A DNA stretch of 63,531 nucleotides, filler included, from Octopus bimaculoides (lineage: Eukaryota): assembly GCF_001194135.2 (NCBI RefSeq). It is 6 parts of 6 records of this genome, joined end to end, with 100 filler letters (N's around TTAATTAATTAA, not from the genome) between each part and the next. Parts side by side here need not be neighbours in the genome. Positions count along the whole stretch, not along the records: positions 24,917 to 47,038 come from NC_068983.1; 5 more parts are not named here. One strand, given 5' to 3'. The translations under genes and the position numbers were made by a program. The notes under the pieces are model-generated. The model searched no databases. It saw only the letters and a list, made by a program, of their open reading frames with translations, and was not told the origin of the DNA. Position 1 is the stretch's first letter, and each line of letters opens with the position of its first letter. Below are positions 26,481-39,289 of the stretch, in pieces.

Positions 26481-27429
26481 TGCAAGGCACCTTCACGTGT
26501 ACTTATATATATATATATATATATAATTATTACACACACATACACATACACACGGATATACATGTACATACGACACTATCCTTACAAAACTATCTCCCTT
26601 ATTGGTCTCAATGTAAACAAAAACATAAAAAATCGTTTTACCACTTCTACAACTCTCCCCTCACCAAATCGTTTGCCTATTTCGAACTGTGTTAGTTCGA
26701 ATTTCCAAGCGCCCTTACCCATGGTGAACATATCAGTTGTCCAAACGATTTTGATTTTACTTCACTTATCCAAACCCAATCTTTACCCTGTCAAAAGAGT
26801 CTTTACACGCAACAGTTTGCTTTGTCATCATCAGATCAAATACTCCTCACATTAATTTGATATATAGCATAACATGTATCATAAATTTATCAGCTTTACT
26901 TCGAATTCACATGTCTATAAACCTGGTTTGATTCTGCTTCATTAAATCTAGAAATGGGACGGTTTATATGAATCACGGGCGATCTTTTTCTAGACATGGC
27001 ACATCATCAGAATTACTAAAAAAGATTAAAGGTCATTTTTTGTTAGGCATGCCATTCAGGAAGTCTTGCCCTTAACAGAAGGCGGGTTTTGACTATACAC
27101 TCCTTCTAGATACGTCCTTCCATAATCTTCTCTCATCTTAAGCCTGCAATCCCAAACATCTAAATGGTTCGTGCACTGCTATAATGTAGCCTTTGGGTGA
27201 ACAATGTTGGTTGGAACAATTGTATGTGTATCACATTTCACCATCGCATAGTCTGAATTGTGTCTCACCTGCTGGTTCCTTGCCAAGTGGAATTCAGCTA
27301 ACTGGTTGGAATCAACCAGTTCACCAACTCAATAAACGAAGATCCTTCTCTAAGTAGTAATACTTACGAATATAATGATACCGTATTTAATCCGTTTGTT
27401 TGGCTTCTAGCAGAACTCGTGCAACGCGG

Positions 27430-27448
27430 GCACACATACACACACACG

Positions 27449-27485
<37 letters not shown>

Positions 27486-27638
27486 ACGCACGTACACACG
27501 CACACACACGCACACACACATCAATGTAATTACTGATTGCCAAAGGTTGCAATATCTCCGGAGTCAACAAAACAACTACTATCATCATCATCATCATCAA
27601 CATCATCATCATCATCATCATCATCATCACCATCATCA

Positions 27639-27669
<31 letters not shown>

Positions 27670-27685
27670 CGTCGTCATCATCAAC
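27430..27685. repeat. (CA)n plus (CAT)n/(CGT)n microsatellites
   Basis: Read directly. Source of the poly-H/poly-R/poly-M ORFs. Confidence 0.95.
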
Positions 27686-28183
27686 ACCTAAGATGCCAGT
27701 TTAAATGTCTTGTGGTAATCTATAACGTTTTTACCACTGTGTTACCTTGGACCGTCTGTCACTTTTGTCATTTATTTCCTTTCGATTTTGATCAGCCGCT
27801 ATGTGTCAGTAGAACCTGTACCCGACGAACGAACGACTAAACCTATACTTGGTCACTTGCTACAAATATCAGTGAAATCTCATACAAATAATACTTCGTC
27901 CAACTCTACTTTAAAATTACACATTTTATGACAGACTTCTAGATACCGCAAAAAGGACGGTACAGTCACGACTGGAATTCCTTTAGTCAAATATTTGATC
28001 GATCAGATTTGAAATGGAGATAAACAACAGCTTGTATGCAGAATATCAGTTATGTACTGCAGTGGACGTCAAACGATAAAATGTCTTCTTATAAGTGGCC
28101 TTTCTGTTACATGACAAAAAAACAGAGACTAGTAAGAGAACAACATGCAAGTGTATTAGTTTGACGCTCGGGTAAAATGGAAA

Positions 28184-28224
28184 AGTCTTTGACGTTTCGA
28201 GCCTACGCTTTTCGACGGAAAGGG
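28184..28224 (-). ncRNA. Minimal hammerhead-like motif (CCGTCGA core variant)
   Basis: Minus strand: ccttt-CCGTCGA-a-aagc gtag gctc-GAAAC-GTC|aaag. Stem I cttt/aaag pairs perfectly. Confidence 0.55.
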
Positions 28225-29149
28225 ATGAGAGGAAAAATGTAGTGAGAAAGAGAAAAAAATATGTCAAGATTAACGGTTCTACATGTTAAAATATGTGTCA
28301 GGATTATCTTTTACTGTAAATCTTAATCTTTATGTTTACATGTGGTGCACTCTTAGATTTAAAAAAAGTCCCCACAAATAATTAGTAACCGTAGAGTTTA
28401 GCAGCTACTTTGTAGATTGAAATATAAAGGATACAATGTGTGAGATGTGTTGATCGTTTCAAAAAGTCGTAAACTTTTTGGCGTCATATACATGACCTTT
28501 AGCAAATCATCAATACTACATTTACAATCAGTCTAGGACTTGACAGTTACAATGTCCAGTAATGTATCGTTGCAAACACATTAACTGTATGTCACAGAGG
28601 AGTCATCTGGGAGAAGACTGGTCAGCGCATATGAACCTTGCCGGTACACACACACACACACACACACACACAATCTCACTCTCTCCATCTCTCTATGTGT
28701 CTATTAATCTATCGCCCTCTCTCTCTTTCAGTGATGAGGTCATTGTAGTTAATGTGAACTAATTGAAATTAATGTCTGCATAGTAATTGTTCTCCGTCTT
28801 TCTGACCTCGTGGTACATTTGAGATTATACAAGAAATTACTAGCATACTTCGCATGAAAAGTATACTTAATAAAGCACATTTTTTTAAAGTTAAAGCTCC
28901 AAAATATAAAAAAAAAGAGTTTCGAAAATAGTTGTTTACTTTGTTTGACTATTCATATATGTGTCTAACATAATTCTATATAGTTTCAAAACCCGCTATG
29001 CGTGTAGTTACTCTCTGTGGCGTACCGAGATACCCTTTTCTAACGCTCCTAGAAGTGCACTCTTGGAGAATCACTGTTGCAGAGAAAACGAAAGCTGGTA
29101 AGTTTTTCCGGAGATTCATGTCTGGTGAAGAAAGACTGTAAAATGTTTT

Positions 29150-29280
29150 TAGCTAAGCACGACGATCGAGTGGTTAAATCATTGGATTTACCTTCCAACT
29201 GGCGAATGGCCACGTCGGTTCGTACCCACATGCGTTTGATTAATTGCCTGACTTCGGCAACGGTACTTCAGTATGGCCAT
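29150..29280 (+). mobile_element. Old tRNA-derived SINE head
   Basis: gatcgagtggttaa (A-box-like), ggttcgtaccc (B-box-like), then gacttcggcaacggtacttc resembling a CORE start. No cloverleaf seen. Confidence 0.35.
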
Positions 29281-30108
29281 AATTCACATGTTAAAACGGA
29301 TAAAAGAGTAATATCATGAATAGGACGCGAGAGAAAGAAAATGGATAACGGGACGAGTAGAGGACACCAAAGAAAGATTCATCATAAGAGTATTTTTGGA
29401 ACTGTAGTCAGAAGCGTAGTTTACGTTCATCAAACTTTGCAGATTGTCTTGGATGAGTGAAACAGAGTCTTCTGAGAGCCGGCCAAAGTTTGGTTGCATA
29501 ATAGAGGCAGAAAGGGTTACGAATAATGGCAATATAGTGAAAACCACTAAAAGCAGTCGAGAATTAAAGTGCAATCATAACAAGCAAAATAGCTTTGGAT
29601 CTGTTTGTAAATGCCTGCTTTTAGCGGCAGCGCCACCACAGACATCTGAACAGTCCTAGTTCGCACATGTGCCTTTTAATAGGAACAGCAATTATTAAGA
29701 GTTGAAGTAGATTCTAACCCTGAAATGTAAACCCAATATTTAGTATACAATTTTGGCATGTTGTTAAATAAATCTTCCTCTGTTGGCTAATCTGAAGCAG
29801 ATAAAGTGTAAGGAGAGAGATAAAACGCAACGTTTGTGACTGTCTCGGAATGCGAACTCGTGAACAGGGGGTGGAAAAAAACTGACAGCTTATATGTTAC
29901 GTCTCCTTGAATAAACGAAATTGAAATGAGAAACTAATGATCAGCTGTACATTACAAGTCTGTGTCAATTTAAAGTAGATTTACGTTAAATGTCAAATCC
30001 ATGACTAACGCTCCATCATTTTGACGTACATTGTCACTTGAGAGGTTCTCAAAGGCTGTATGGATATATTTTGTCTATGTAAATATATTTACGAATGTCT
30101 ATGTGTTT

Positions 30109-30147
<39 letters not shown>

Positions 30148-30362
30148 TGAGTGCGTATGAGAGAGAGAGAGAGGAGGAGGGAGGTAAGAAGAGAGGAAGG
30201 GAGAGTGTATGCTTGTGTGTGTGTTGAAAATATGTGAAGATATAGACGTATGTATGTAAACGTGTGTACATACATTACTCTGAATAGTGAGAGAGAGGGA
30301 GAGAGGTAGCTCTGTACACATACTCATACACCACAATATATACAAGTACATACATACATACA

Positions 30363-30396
<34 letters not shown>

Positions 30397-31240
30397 CATA
30401 CACATATACATACNNNNNNNNNNNNNNNNNNNNNNNNNNNNNNNNNNNNNNNNNNNNNNNNNNNNNNNNNNNNNNNNNNNNNNNNNNNNNNNNNNNNNNN
30501 NNNNNNNNNNNNNNNNNNNNNNNNNNNNNNNNNNNNNNNNNNNNNNNNNNNNNNNNNNNNNNNNNNNNNNNNNNNNNNNNNNNNNNNNNNNNNNNNNNNN
30601 NNNNNNNNNNNNNNNNNNNNNNNNNNNNNNNNNNNNNNNNNNNNNNNNNNNNNNNNNNNNNNNNNNNNNNNNNNNNNNNNNNNNNNNNNNNNNNNNNNNN
30701 NNNNNNNNNNNNNNNNNNNNNNNNNNNNNNNNNNNNNNNNNNNNNNNNNNNNNNNNNNNNNNNNNNNNNNNNNNNNNNNNNNNNNNNNNNNNNNNNNNNN
30801 NNNNNNNNNNNNNNNNNNNNNNNNNNNNNNNNNNNNNNNNNNNNNNNNNNNNNNNNNNNNNNNNNNNNNNNNNNNNNNNNNNNNNNNNNNNNNNNNNNNN
30901 NNNNNNNNNNNNNNNNNNNNNNNNNNNNNNNNNNNNNNNNNNNNNNNNNNNNNNNNNNNNNNNNNNNNNNNNNNNNNNNNNNNNNNNNNNNNNNNNNNNN
31001 NNNNNNNNNNNNNNNNNNNNNNNNNNNNNNNNNNNNNNNNNNNNNNNNNNNNNNNNNNNNNNNNNNNNNNTATGTATGTACGTATGTGTGCGTATATGTA
31101 TGTTTGTATGTATGCATATACATACAATGCACTCGCGCACACACACACGCATACATACACACACACGCACATATAAATTTTCACATGCGTACACAACAGA
31201 GGAATAAGAAACTTAGAGAAACACAGTGAGAAAGCGGGAG

Positions 31241-31279
<39 letters not shown>

Positions 31280-32149
31280 AAGAGAGAGAGAGAGAAAAGA
31301 AGAGAGAGAATGAATGTAGAGAGAAGAAGAAGGAGGGGGGAGTAAAAAAACTAAAACAATAATAATGACAATAATAGCAAAACAAAAGCATAACAAAAGC
31401 AGAGGAACATAGAACAATAAGAAATTGAGTGAAAAAGTCTGGTGTGCAATGATTGTAGAGGCTAAACAAGGTCTGTTCTGCTAATTTTCTTTATAAACGA
31501 TGTCTGAAATAGTTTGTATGTATCAGGTTTTGGCAATTTTCGAGTAACTAACGAATGTTGTCAGGAGATGTAGCCAGAGTGAAAGAGCTGTCAGTTCAGA
31601 GGTAACCAAAATATGATGAGTGTTTGTGGGCGAATGAGTGAGCTAGGAGCTTGGTTGCTGGTTGCTGGTTATTTGGTTTGTTTTTGAGGGGGGGGGGTTC
31701 GGTGGTGGCGTCGGAAGCGTCTCTAAGAGGCGAAGGTGGTAGTATAGTTTGGTGTTGTATTTGTATAGTATAGANNNNNNNNNNNNNNNNNNNNNNNNNN
31801 NNNNNNNNNNNNNNNNNNNNNNNNNNNNNNNNNNNNNNNNNNNNNNNNNNNNNNNNNNNNNNNNNNNNNNNNNNNNNNNNNNNNNNNNNNNNNNNNNNNN
31901 NNNNNNNNNNNNNNNNNNNNNNNNNNNNNNNNNNNNNNNNNNNNNNNNNNNNNNNNNNNNNNNNNNNNNNNNNNNNNNNNNNNNNNNNNNNNNNNNNNNN
32001 NNNNNNNNNNNNNNNNNNNNNNNNNNNNNNNNNNNNNNNNNNNNNNNNNNNNNNNNNNNNNNNNNNNNNNNNNNNNNNNNNNNNNNNNNNNNNNNNNNNN
32101 NNNNNNNNNNNNNNNNNNNNNNNNNNNNNNNNNNNNNNNNNNNNNNNNN

Positions 32150-32662
32150 GGTGGTGGTAGTGGTGATAGTTATGTTGGTGGTAATGGTTATAGTGGTGAT
32201 GGTGGTTGCGGTGAGAGATGGAGTTAGTGATTGCTACCATTGCGGACGATGATAGTGGTGATAGTGGTGGTGGTGGTGGTGGTGGTGGTGACGGTGATGG
32301 TGATGGTGGTGGTGATGACGGGAGAGAAATAGCAGCGGTTGTAACGTTGGTAATGTTACAGTTGATGGTGATGATGGTGACGACGATGATGGTGGATGAC
32401 GGGATTGTTAGAGGTGCCAAGGAGCTGGAGATGCTGGTGGTGGTGATAGTTGAGGTGGTGGTGGTTGTCGTGGTAGTGGTGGTGGTTAGGGTGGTGGTGG
32501 TAGCTGTGGTGACGGTGGTCGTAATGGTTGTGGTGGTGGTCGTAGCTGTGATGGCGGTGGTTGTGGTTGTGGTGGTGGTTGAGTCGGTGGTATGATGGTT
32601 GAGGTAGTGGTGGTATTATTAATGTTGATGTTTGTGGTGTTGGTGTTGGTAGTAGTAGTAGC

Positions 32663-32718
<56 letters not shown>

Positions 32719-32760
32719 TAGTAGTAGTAGTAGTAGTAGTAGTAAAGACAGTGGTAGAGG
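32150..32760. repeat. Degenerate (GTG)n/(TAG)n low-complexity tract
   Basis: Read directly. A similar tract lies at 36610-37110. Confidence 0.9.
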
Positions 32761-33090
32761 TTGTGATGCTGCTACTTCTACCAGTACTGGTGGTACTTTT
32801 TGCATTTCTTTCCTTTATTGTTATTTTAGTCACTGGGGTACCGCCACGGAGAGTTTTCATCGAATAAATTGATCCTAGAATTCTATTTTAATCTCAAATT
32901 TATTCTGTCAGGCCCTTTTGTCGATTCGCAAGGTAGAAGAGATGTAAACAAAACTACACCGCTTGTCAGGTAGTGACGGTAATATCACAGACACAAAGAC
33001 ATACACGTTCGCACATACATACATACATACATACATACATACATACATACATACATACATACATACATGTGTCTGTATCTGTGTATGGGC

Positions 33091-33131
<41 letters not shown>

Positions 33132-33382
33132 CGCGCGTTTGCGTGCGTGTGTTGGGGGATTCAAAGACTGCGTCATTCTCAAAATATAGAAGCTACAAAT
33201 GGTGGAGAGAATGTATTATGTAGAAAAGATGAGAGAAAAACTGTTCTATTCATATGCATGTGTATATACATACCTACGTATATATATATATATATATANN
33301 NNNNNNNNACAGAAAACAAAAGACGAAGATAGGTGTAGGGACAACAAGCAGAAGTATTAGTTTAACACTCGGGAAGAATGTA

Positions 33383-33424
33383 AAAGTCTTTTACGTTTCA
33401 AGCTTACGCTCTTCGATAGAAAGG
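33383..33424 (-). ncRNA. Minimal hammerhead-like motif (CTATCGA core variant), directly upstream of and antisense to the Penelope fragment
   Basis: Minus strand: ccttt-CTATCGA-a-gagc gtaa gctt-GAAAC-GTA|aaag. Confidence 0.55.
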
Positions 33425-33429
33425 ATTTA

Positions 33430-34600
33430 TATGATCATATCAAATACATAAATGTAGCATCCAACCATCCACTCTCGATAATACGGGGATTAATTAAGAA
33501 TATTCTACAAGAATTTCTAGATTATCCGCTAATAATAACATTTTTGAATCACATGCAAATTATTATAATGTTGGGTACCGTGAAGAAATTTAATATATGC
33601 AAGAAGTAGGCATACACAACACCGGTAATTCCTCCAGATGTAATACACATTGTACACCATCATAACGTCACGGTTTGAGAACTCACTCAGAGAATAAAGG
33701 GAAGAATTGGTCAAGACAATGAACTACCAACGAAAACTCATAGCCACACACGACAAATAAGCCTAACAACACATATAGGAATTAGGATGTCCTCTATTTC
33801 AACTCAATTTTCGGTTCACATGTTTCAACCTAGATCACTGGAAAATTTTTTGCGCTTCGGACAAATGTTTTCCTAAATCTAATCGATATCATGCTATTTT
33901 TAATCGGCACACAGTGAAGGTATCCCACGCTAATTCTACTAATTTAGGGCAGCTTATAAACTGCAAAATGCGACAACAGTTCAATAACCCACCTACTGGA
34001 TCTAGCGAACATGTGCATCTAAATCCCAACAAAGAAGATGTAAGCCGCAATGAAAAACACCAATTACGGTCAAATTGTAATAGCAGAAATGATTATGATA
34101 CAACTAACACGGTAACAGCGCCGGAAAATGGAATCGGAACTGCCTTATATACAAATAAATATGATAAATGCTCATGCATAGAAAACTCAAAATGCCCATT
34201 GATGAACCTCTGTATGAGTACAAATCATGTATATAAATGTACCGTGCACACAAGAAGAGGGCCGAATATGTACATTGGGCAGACGGCTGATTCATTTAAG
34301 AATCGTGATCGTAACCATGTCAACAGCTTTAAAGAGAATCGATAAGAGACATTCAACATCTTCGGCCGATTTTGTATAGTAACTGAAGAAGGATACAGTT
34401 AGTAACAGCATAACTTGGCTCATAGTAAGGCACGCGAAACCAGACAATATCATTTCCAGGAGATGCCGTCTCTGCTCCTAGGAATCTCTGTCTATTCTGT
34501 GGATTAATGAGAAGATCATTAATAGAATTTCTAAAAGACTCTCCAAGATGCCACACGCATTTAAATGTATTTTCGCACAATGCAGTGAGAATGAATTTGA
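33430..34600 (+). mobile_element. Penelope-like element 3' half (RT thumb, linker, GIY-YIG endonuclease), decayed
   Basis: YINVASNHP; RISRLSANNNIFE; DKCFPKSNRYHAIFNRHTVKVS; CSCIENSKCPL..VYKCTV..YIGQTADSFKNRDRNHVNSF; ITWLIVRHAKP..RRCRLC. These are the standard PLE motifs in the expected order. Confidence 0.9.
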
Positions 34601-35000
34601 GCAACTGTTAGCATAATTTACTTTACGGTATGAATGAATTAAGTTTAGCTTTAAACTTCCCATTCTTATAAGCACCAAGTAGCTAGTTAACTCGCTTGGT
34701 GATCGTGAGTGCACCAAAACACATGTGTGCATATGCTTACATTTGCGTGGATGCTTGTATGAGCGAGTGTACTCGTGCCATGCAGCTTGCGTGAGGGCGT
34801 TTATACATTCATATTTGTTAACGGTTATTTTTAATACTTTTCTCGCTGTATTGCGTGTTCGTTTCTGTTTTTGCATCTGTGATTTTATTTTTGATCTTCT
34901 ATGTAAATGAAGACATTTCCATCATTTTGCTGCTTTCCTTTCTACAAAATGAGAAAATACATTGCAGAACTTATTTTAACGAGTTCTGTCTATTTATCAC

Positions 35001-35050
35001 CCGATGAGACACATCCGCACCGCCGGATGCTCCCGAAACAGTTGTACAGT
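35001..35050 (+). ncRNA. Hammerhead-like motif ~400 bp 3' of the Penelope GIY-YIG region
   Basis: CCGATGA-gaca-catccg caccgc cggatg-ctccc-GAAAC-agtt-GTA. U4 is changed to C, the inner stem II is perfect (6 bp) and stem III is near-palindromic (acagttgt). Stem I is not evident. Confidence 0.45.
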
Positions 35051-35218
35051 TGTTGAGTGTCCCTCCCATGAGAGATCGATGCTAGATGTATGATCAATAA
35101 TNNNNNNNNNNNNNNNNNNNNNNNNNNNNNNNNNNNNNNNNNNNNNNNNNNNNNNNNNNNNNNNNNNNNNNNNNNNNNNNNNNNNNNNNNNNNNNNNNNN
35201 NNNNNNNNTATATATATA

Positions 35219-36365
35219 TATCAGGTCATTAAGAATGAAATGTCCGATTTTGAACTGAAAGTTTATTTCACTTTACTCAATAAAAAAGCAATGCAGATAA
35301 TCAAAGTAGGCACCTAAATTATCAATATAATTTTGCCATTCTATCGGTAGCCTAATTATGCTGGCACCGAAATATTCTGGAGAGCAAGAAGTGATAAAAT
35401 CACGAAAGGCTCTTTTTGCATCTTCTTCAGATTTGAAGACTTTTTCCTTGTAAAAAGTTGCCTAATGCCTGGAAAACGTGAAACGTGATAGTCAGTTGGT
35501 CTTGTGAATATGGTGGATGACAGAGTACTTCTAAGTTCAGTTCTTGTAACTTTAGTTGCGTTCTTAGTGCAACATGTAGTCGAGCATTGTCTTGCGAGAG
35601 AATGGGCCTGTCTCTATTAACCAATCACGGTCGTTTAATTGCAAGTTCACTCATTATTTCATCCACTTGGTTGATGTATACATCCGCTGTAATTGAATTA
35701 CCAGATTTCATGATCCTGTAGTGGATGACACCAGCGCTGGTCCACCAAACATACAGCATTAGCTTTTATGGCGAATATTCTTTCTTTGGATTGAGTTTGG
35801 ACACTTCGTCTCTACTCAACCACCGTGCAGCACGCTTGCTATTTTTAAAAGGAATTAATTTTTCATTACATGTAACAATACGATGCAAAAATGGTTTGCT
35901 TTTATGCCGTGACGGCAAAGAACAACAAGTTTCAAGACGACGTGTCATTTGATGCTTGTTTAGTTCGTGTGGTACCCACTTCTCCACCTTCTTTACCTTG
36001 CCGATTTGTTTCAGATGGTCCAATACAGCTGGAATCGAAACATCAAACCTTGCTGCTAACTCACGCCTGGTTTGAGATGTATCCGCTTCCACTACAGTCT
36101 CCAGCTCATCATTATCCACTTTGCTCTCAGGTCTAACACGGGGCTGATTTTCAAGAGTAAAGTCACCAGGCCAGAACTTCTCAAACCATCGATGTACAGT
36201 GTGCTCATTCGCCACATCTTCACCAAACGCTTCATTGATGTTTCGAGCTGTCTGGGATGCATTGGTTTCACAACAGAACCCATATTCATAAACATGAATT
36301 TTTTATCTATCTATGGCTTCACAAAAGTGGATTTGCGAGAGAAAATTCACAATATAATGACACCG
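35219..36365 (-). mobile_element. mariner transposon (Hsmar1/cecropia-like), decayed, 3' TIR retained
   Basis: TARNINEAFGEDVANEHTVHRWFEKF; KWVPHEL; RIVTCNEK; ILSQDNARLH; HPPYSQD; IEWQNYIDNLGAYFD. TIR tatcaggtcattaagaatgaaatgtccgatttt abuts (TA)n. Confidence 0.9.
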
Positions 36366-36373
36366 TAAATTGC

Positions 36374-36416
<43 letters not shown>

Positions 36417-36444
36417 CACGTATGTATTTGTATGTATTTATTTA

Positions 36445-36607
36445 TCCGACGGGCTTCCATACCGTTTCCGCCAGCCAAATTCCACTCGCAAGGAATTTGT
36501 TGACCCGAAGCTATAGTAGAAGACACTTGCCCAAGGTGCCGTGCAGTGGGCTGAACTGGAAACCAACTGGTTGCAAATCGAGATTCTGAACGACACAGCC
36601 ATGCCTA
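36445..36607 (-). mobile_element. SINE family A, head module
   Basis: gacgggcttcc..gctatagtagaagacacttgcccaaggtgcc..cacagccatgcct. Confidence 0.8.
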
Positions 36608-37148
36608 GCAATGGTAGTGGTTATAGTAGTCGCGTTGATACTGCTGCTGTTGGCAATGGTGGTACTGACAGTGGTACAGGTGGTTGTACTTGTGATGGTA
36701 GTTGTTGAAGATAGTATGGGGGATGTTTTGCTACGCTGGTGGCGGTGATGGAAGCTATGAGGCTGGTCAACTTCATTGTTGATGATGTTACTGGTGTTAA
36801 TGGTGGTAGCGTTGTTGCTGTGATGAGTGTATGTGGGAATGGTTTTGGATGTTGGGGACCGTAGTGAGGGGCAGTAGTTATGACCGAAGATGGTGGTGGT
36901 AGTGATGGTGATGGTTTTAGTGGTAGAGATGACGTTGCAATTACTGATTCTTGAGCAGCTGGGATTGTAAAGGGTTAGCTTATCTTTGTGAGATGCTGCT
37001 GCATATGAAGTTGGTGGTATTGGTGATTGTGGTGGTGGTGGTCGTCGTGGTCTTGGTGGTATTCATGGTTTTTGTGGTGATGACGGTGGTGGTGGTGGTG
37101 GTTACTTATGATAGATGTGATCGTTTATGGGTTATTGTTAAAGATATA

Positions 37149-37270
37149 GGCGCAGGCATGACTGTGTGGTAAAGAAGCTCGCCTTGCAAACACGTGGTGT
37201 TCGGTTCAGTCCTACTGCGCGCACCTTAGGCAAGTGCCTTCAGCTATGGCCCTGGGCTTTAGTTGACGAT
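37149..37270 (+). mobile_element. SINE family A, head module, diverged
   Basis: ggcgcaggcatgactgtgtggtaaagaagc..ggttcagtcctactg..ccttaggcaagtgcc. Confidence 0.7.
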
Positions 37271-37379
37271 ATATACATGTATGTATGTGTGTAAGCATGC
37301 ATGCATCTGTGTATGTATGTATGTATGTATGTATGTATGTATGTATGCATGTATGTATGTATGCATGTATGTATGTGCA

Positions 37380-37685
37380 GGCCCGGTCAGCCATCAGAGA
37401 ATTCACAGGAATCAACCCCTTGTAAATTGTGATACGACTGTTGTTCACAACAGAACATGTGCAAAGGTGTGCCTTTCAATTGGAGGATTGAAAAGGCATA
37501 TCAAAAGAGTTCATACTGTGAACCTGTTCCCTCTGCCAGTCAGCACAGTTCTGCATTATGCAAGAGAATGTGTAAATCTTTGGCCAGGCTCAAGAGACAC
37601 ACAAGGGCTTCACATTGCATCAGCAATGACACATTACAATAATTCTTTCTAGCAATGGCTTTGCTCGTATACGAGAAAGCAGCTA
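37380..37685 (+). mobile_element. RTE-type LINE 3' end with two decayed C2H2-like fingers
   Basis: CAKVCLSIGGLKRHIKRVH and LCKRMCKSLARLKRHTRASH lie in different frames, followed by a stop and a short 3' hairpin (ctcgtatacgag). Confidence 0.55.
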
Positions 37686-37694
37686 CTTTATGTA

Positions 37695-37741
<47 letters not shown>

Positions 37742-38296
37742 NNNNNNNNNNNNNNNNNNNNNNNNNNNNNNNNNNNNNNNNNNNNNNNNNNNNNNNNNNN
37801 NNNNNNNNNNNNNNNNNNNNNNNNNNNNNNNNNNNNNNNNNNNNNNNNNNNNNNNNNNNNNNNNNNNNNNNNNNNNNNNNNNNNNNNNNNNNNNNNNNNN
37901 NNNNNNNNNNNNNNNNNNNNNNNNNNNNNNNNNNNNNNNNNNNNNNNNNNNNNNNNNNNNNNNNNNNNNNNNNNNNNNNNNNNNNNNNNNNNNNNNNNNN
38001 NNNNNNNNNNNNNNNNNNNNNNNNNNNNNNNNNNNNNNNNNNNNNNNNNNNNNNNNNNNNNNNNNNNNNNNNNNNNNNNNNNNNNNNNNNNNNNNNNNNN
38101 NNNNNNNNNNNNNNNNNNNNNNNNNNNNNNNNNNNNNNNNNNNNNNNNNNNNNNNNNNNNNNNNNNNNNNNNNNNNNNNNNNNNNNNNNNNNNNNNNNNN
38201 NNNNNNNNNNNNNNNNNNNNNNNNNNNNNNNNNNNNNNNNNNNNNNNNNNNNNNNNNNNNNNNNNNNNNNNNNNNNNGATGATGATGATGATAACG

Positions 38297-38347
<51 letters not shown>

Positions 38348-38358
38348 ACACCAACAAC

Positions 38359-38433
<75 letters not shown>

Positions 38434-38844
38434 CATGCAATATTTCAAATAATACCAAGGAAATTAATTTTCGAATGCCGTATCACTGACATACCTTTCA
38501 TTTTTTATTTCTTCATTCCATTTTTGCAGATTCTGTTGAATGCTTTTGAAATCAATTCTCAATTATTATTGTGATAACAGATGACATGTTAAAGAATCAA
38601 ACGTCACACTTCACATGTTCTTCGTACTTAAGCTGCCATTTTAAATTTTCCTCAGGTTATAATTTAAAACTACGAAAACGTCACGCTTAAATGGTTGCAT
38701 ATGCAGGTGACCTAGTGACACACGGAATGATTGAGATGACGAATGATGAGGTTGAGAGATCGTATTATTCTGCAAACATCGCTTTGACATTTTAAGCAGC
38801 ATATTTATTTACCTCCACAAACGATCGTTTTCATTTATCTTATC

Positions 38845-39220
38845 TTTCACTTGCTTTCGATCATTGGACTACGGCCATGCTGGGGCACTACCTTGAAGAA
38901 GTAAGTCGAACAAATCGAGGGCAGTAATTACTATTTGTTTGAAGTATGATACCTATTCTACACACACGTGCACACACACACACATTCACACATACACACA
39001 CACGCGCACATATATGTGGATATATATGGATATATACATGCACACACACACACATACACACACACACGAGTGTTTTTATTTTCAGATTCTATCTACCAAA
39101 TCCTCTCAAAAAGCTTTGCACATCCCTGGGCACTTGCCTAAGGTGTTGTGCAGCACTACTGAACCCTAGATCACAAGGTTGGGAAGCTAGCTACTGTACC
39201 ACATAGCCAAGCCTGCACCT
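38845..39220 (-). mobile_element. SINE family A, diverged, with internal deletions
   Basis: Tail cggccatgctgggg.., (CA)n linker and head gcacttgcctaaggtg..ccacatagcc. Confidence 0.6.
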
Positions 39221-39289
39221 ATGCATATAAAAAGATAACCAGCTGTGTGAAGAGTTACTTTGTTAGAGACACGATGTCACTTTAATGTC

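Noticed and set aside
11730-27030. Other CTGATGA occurrences (11734, 12624, 22255, minus strand 27003-27009) as hammerheads
   Set aside because: None has a pairable stem II followed by GAAA and NUH.
26560-27230. Possible minus-strand LINE endonuclease remnant; similarly an RT-like remnant at 49800-50300
   Set aside because: Only 4-6 residue resemblances (EGRVVEV, NKYLE) were found, too weak to call without a profile search.
35725-36368. SETMAR/Metnase-like host gene
   Set aside because: There is no SET domain. The transposase has stops and frameshifts and retains a TIR, so it is an ordinary mariner fossil.
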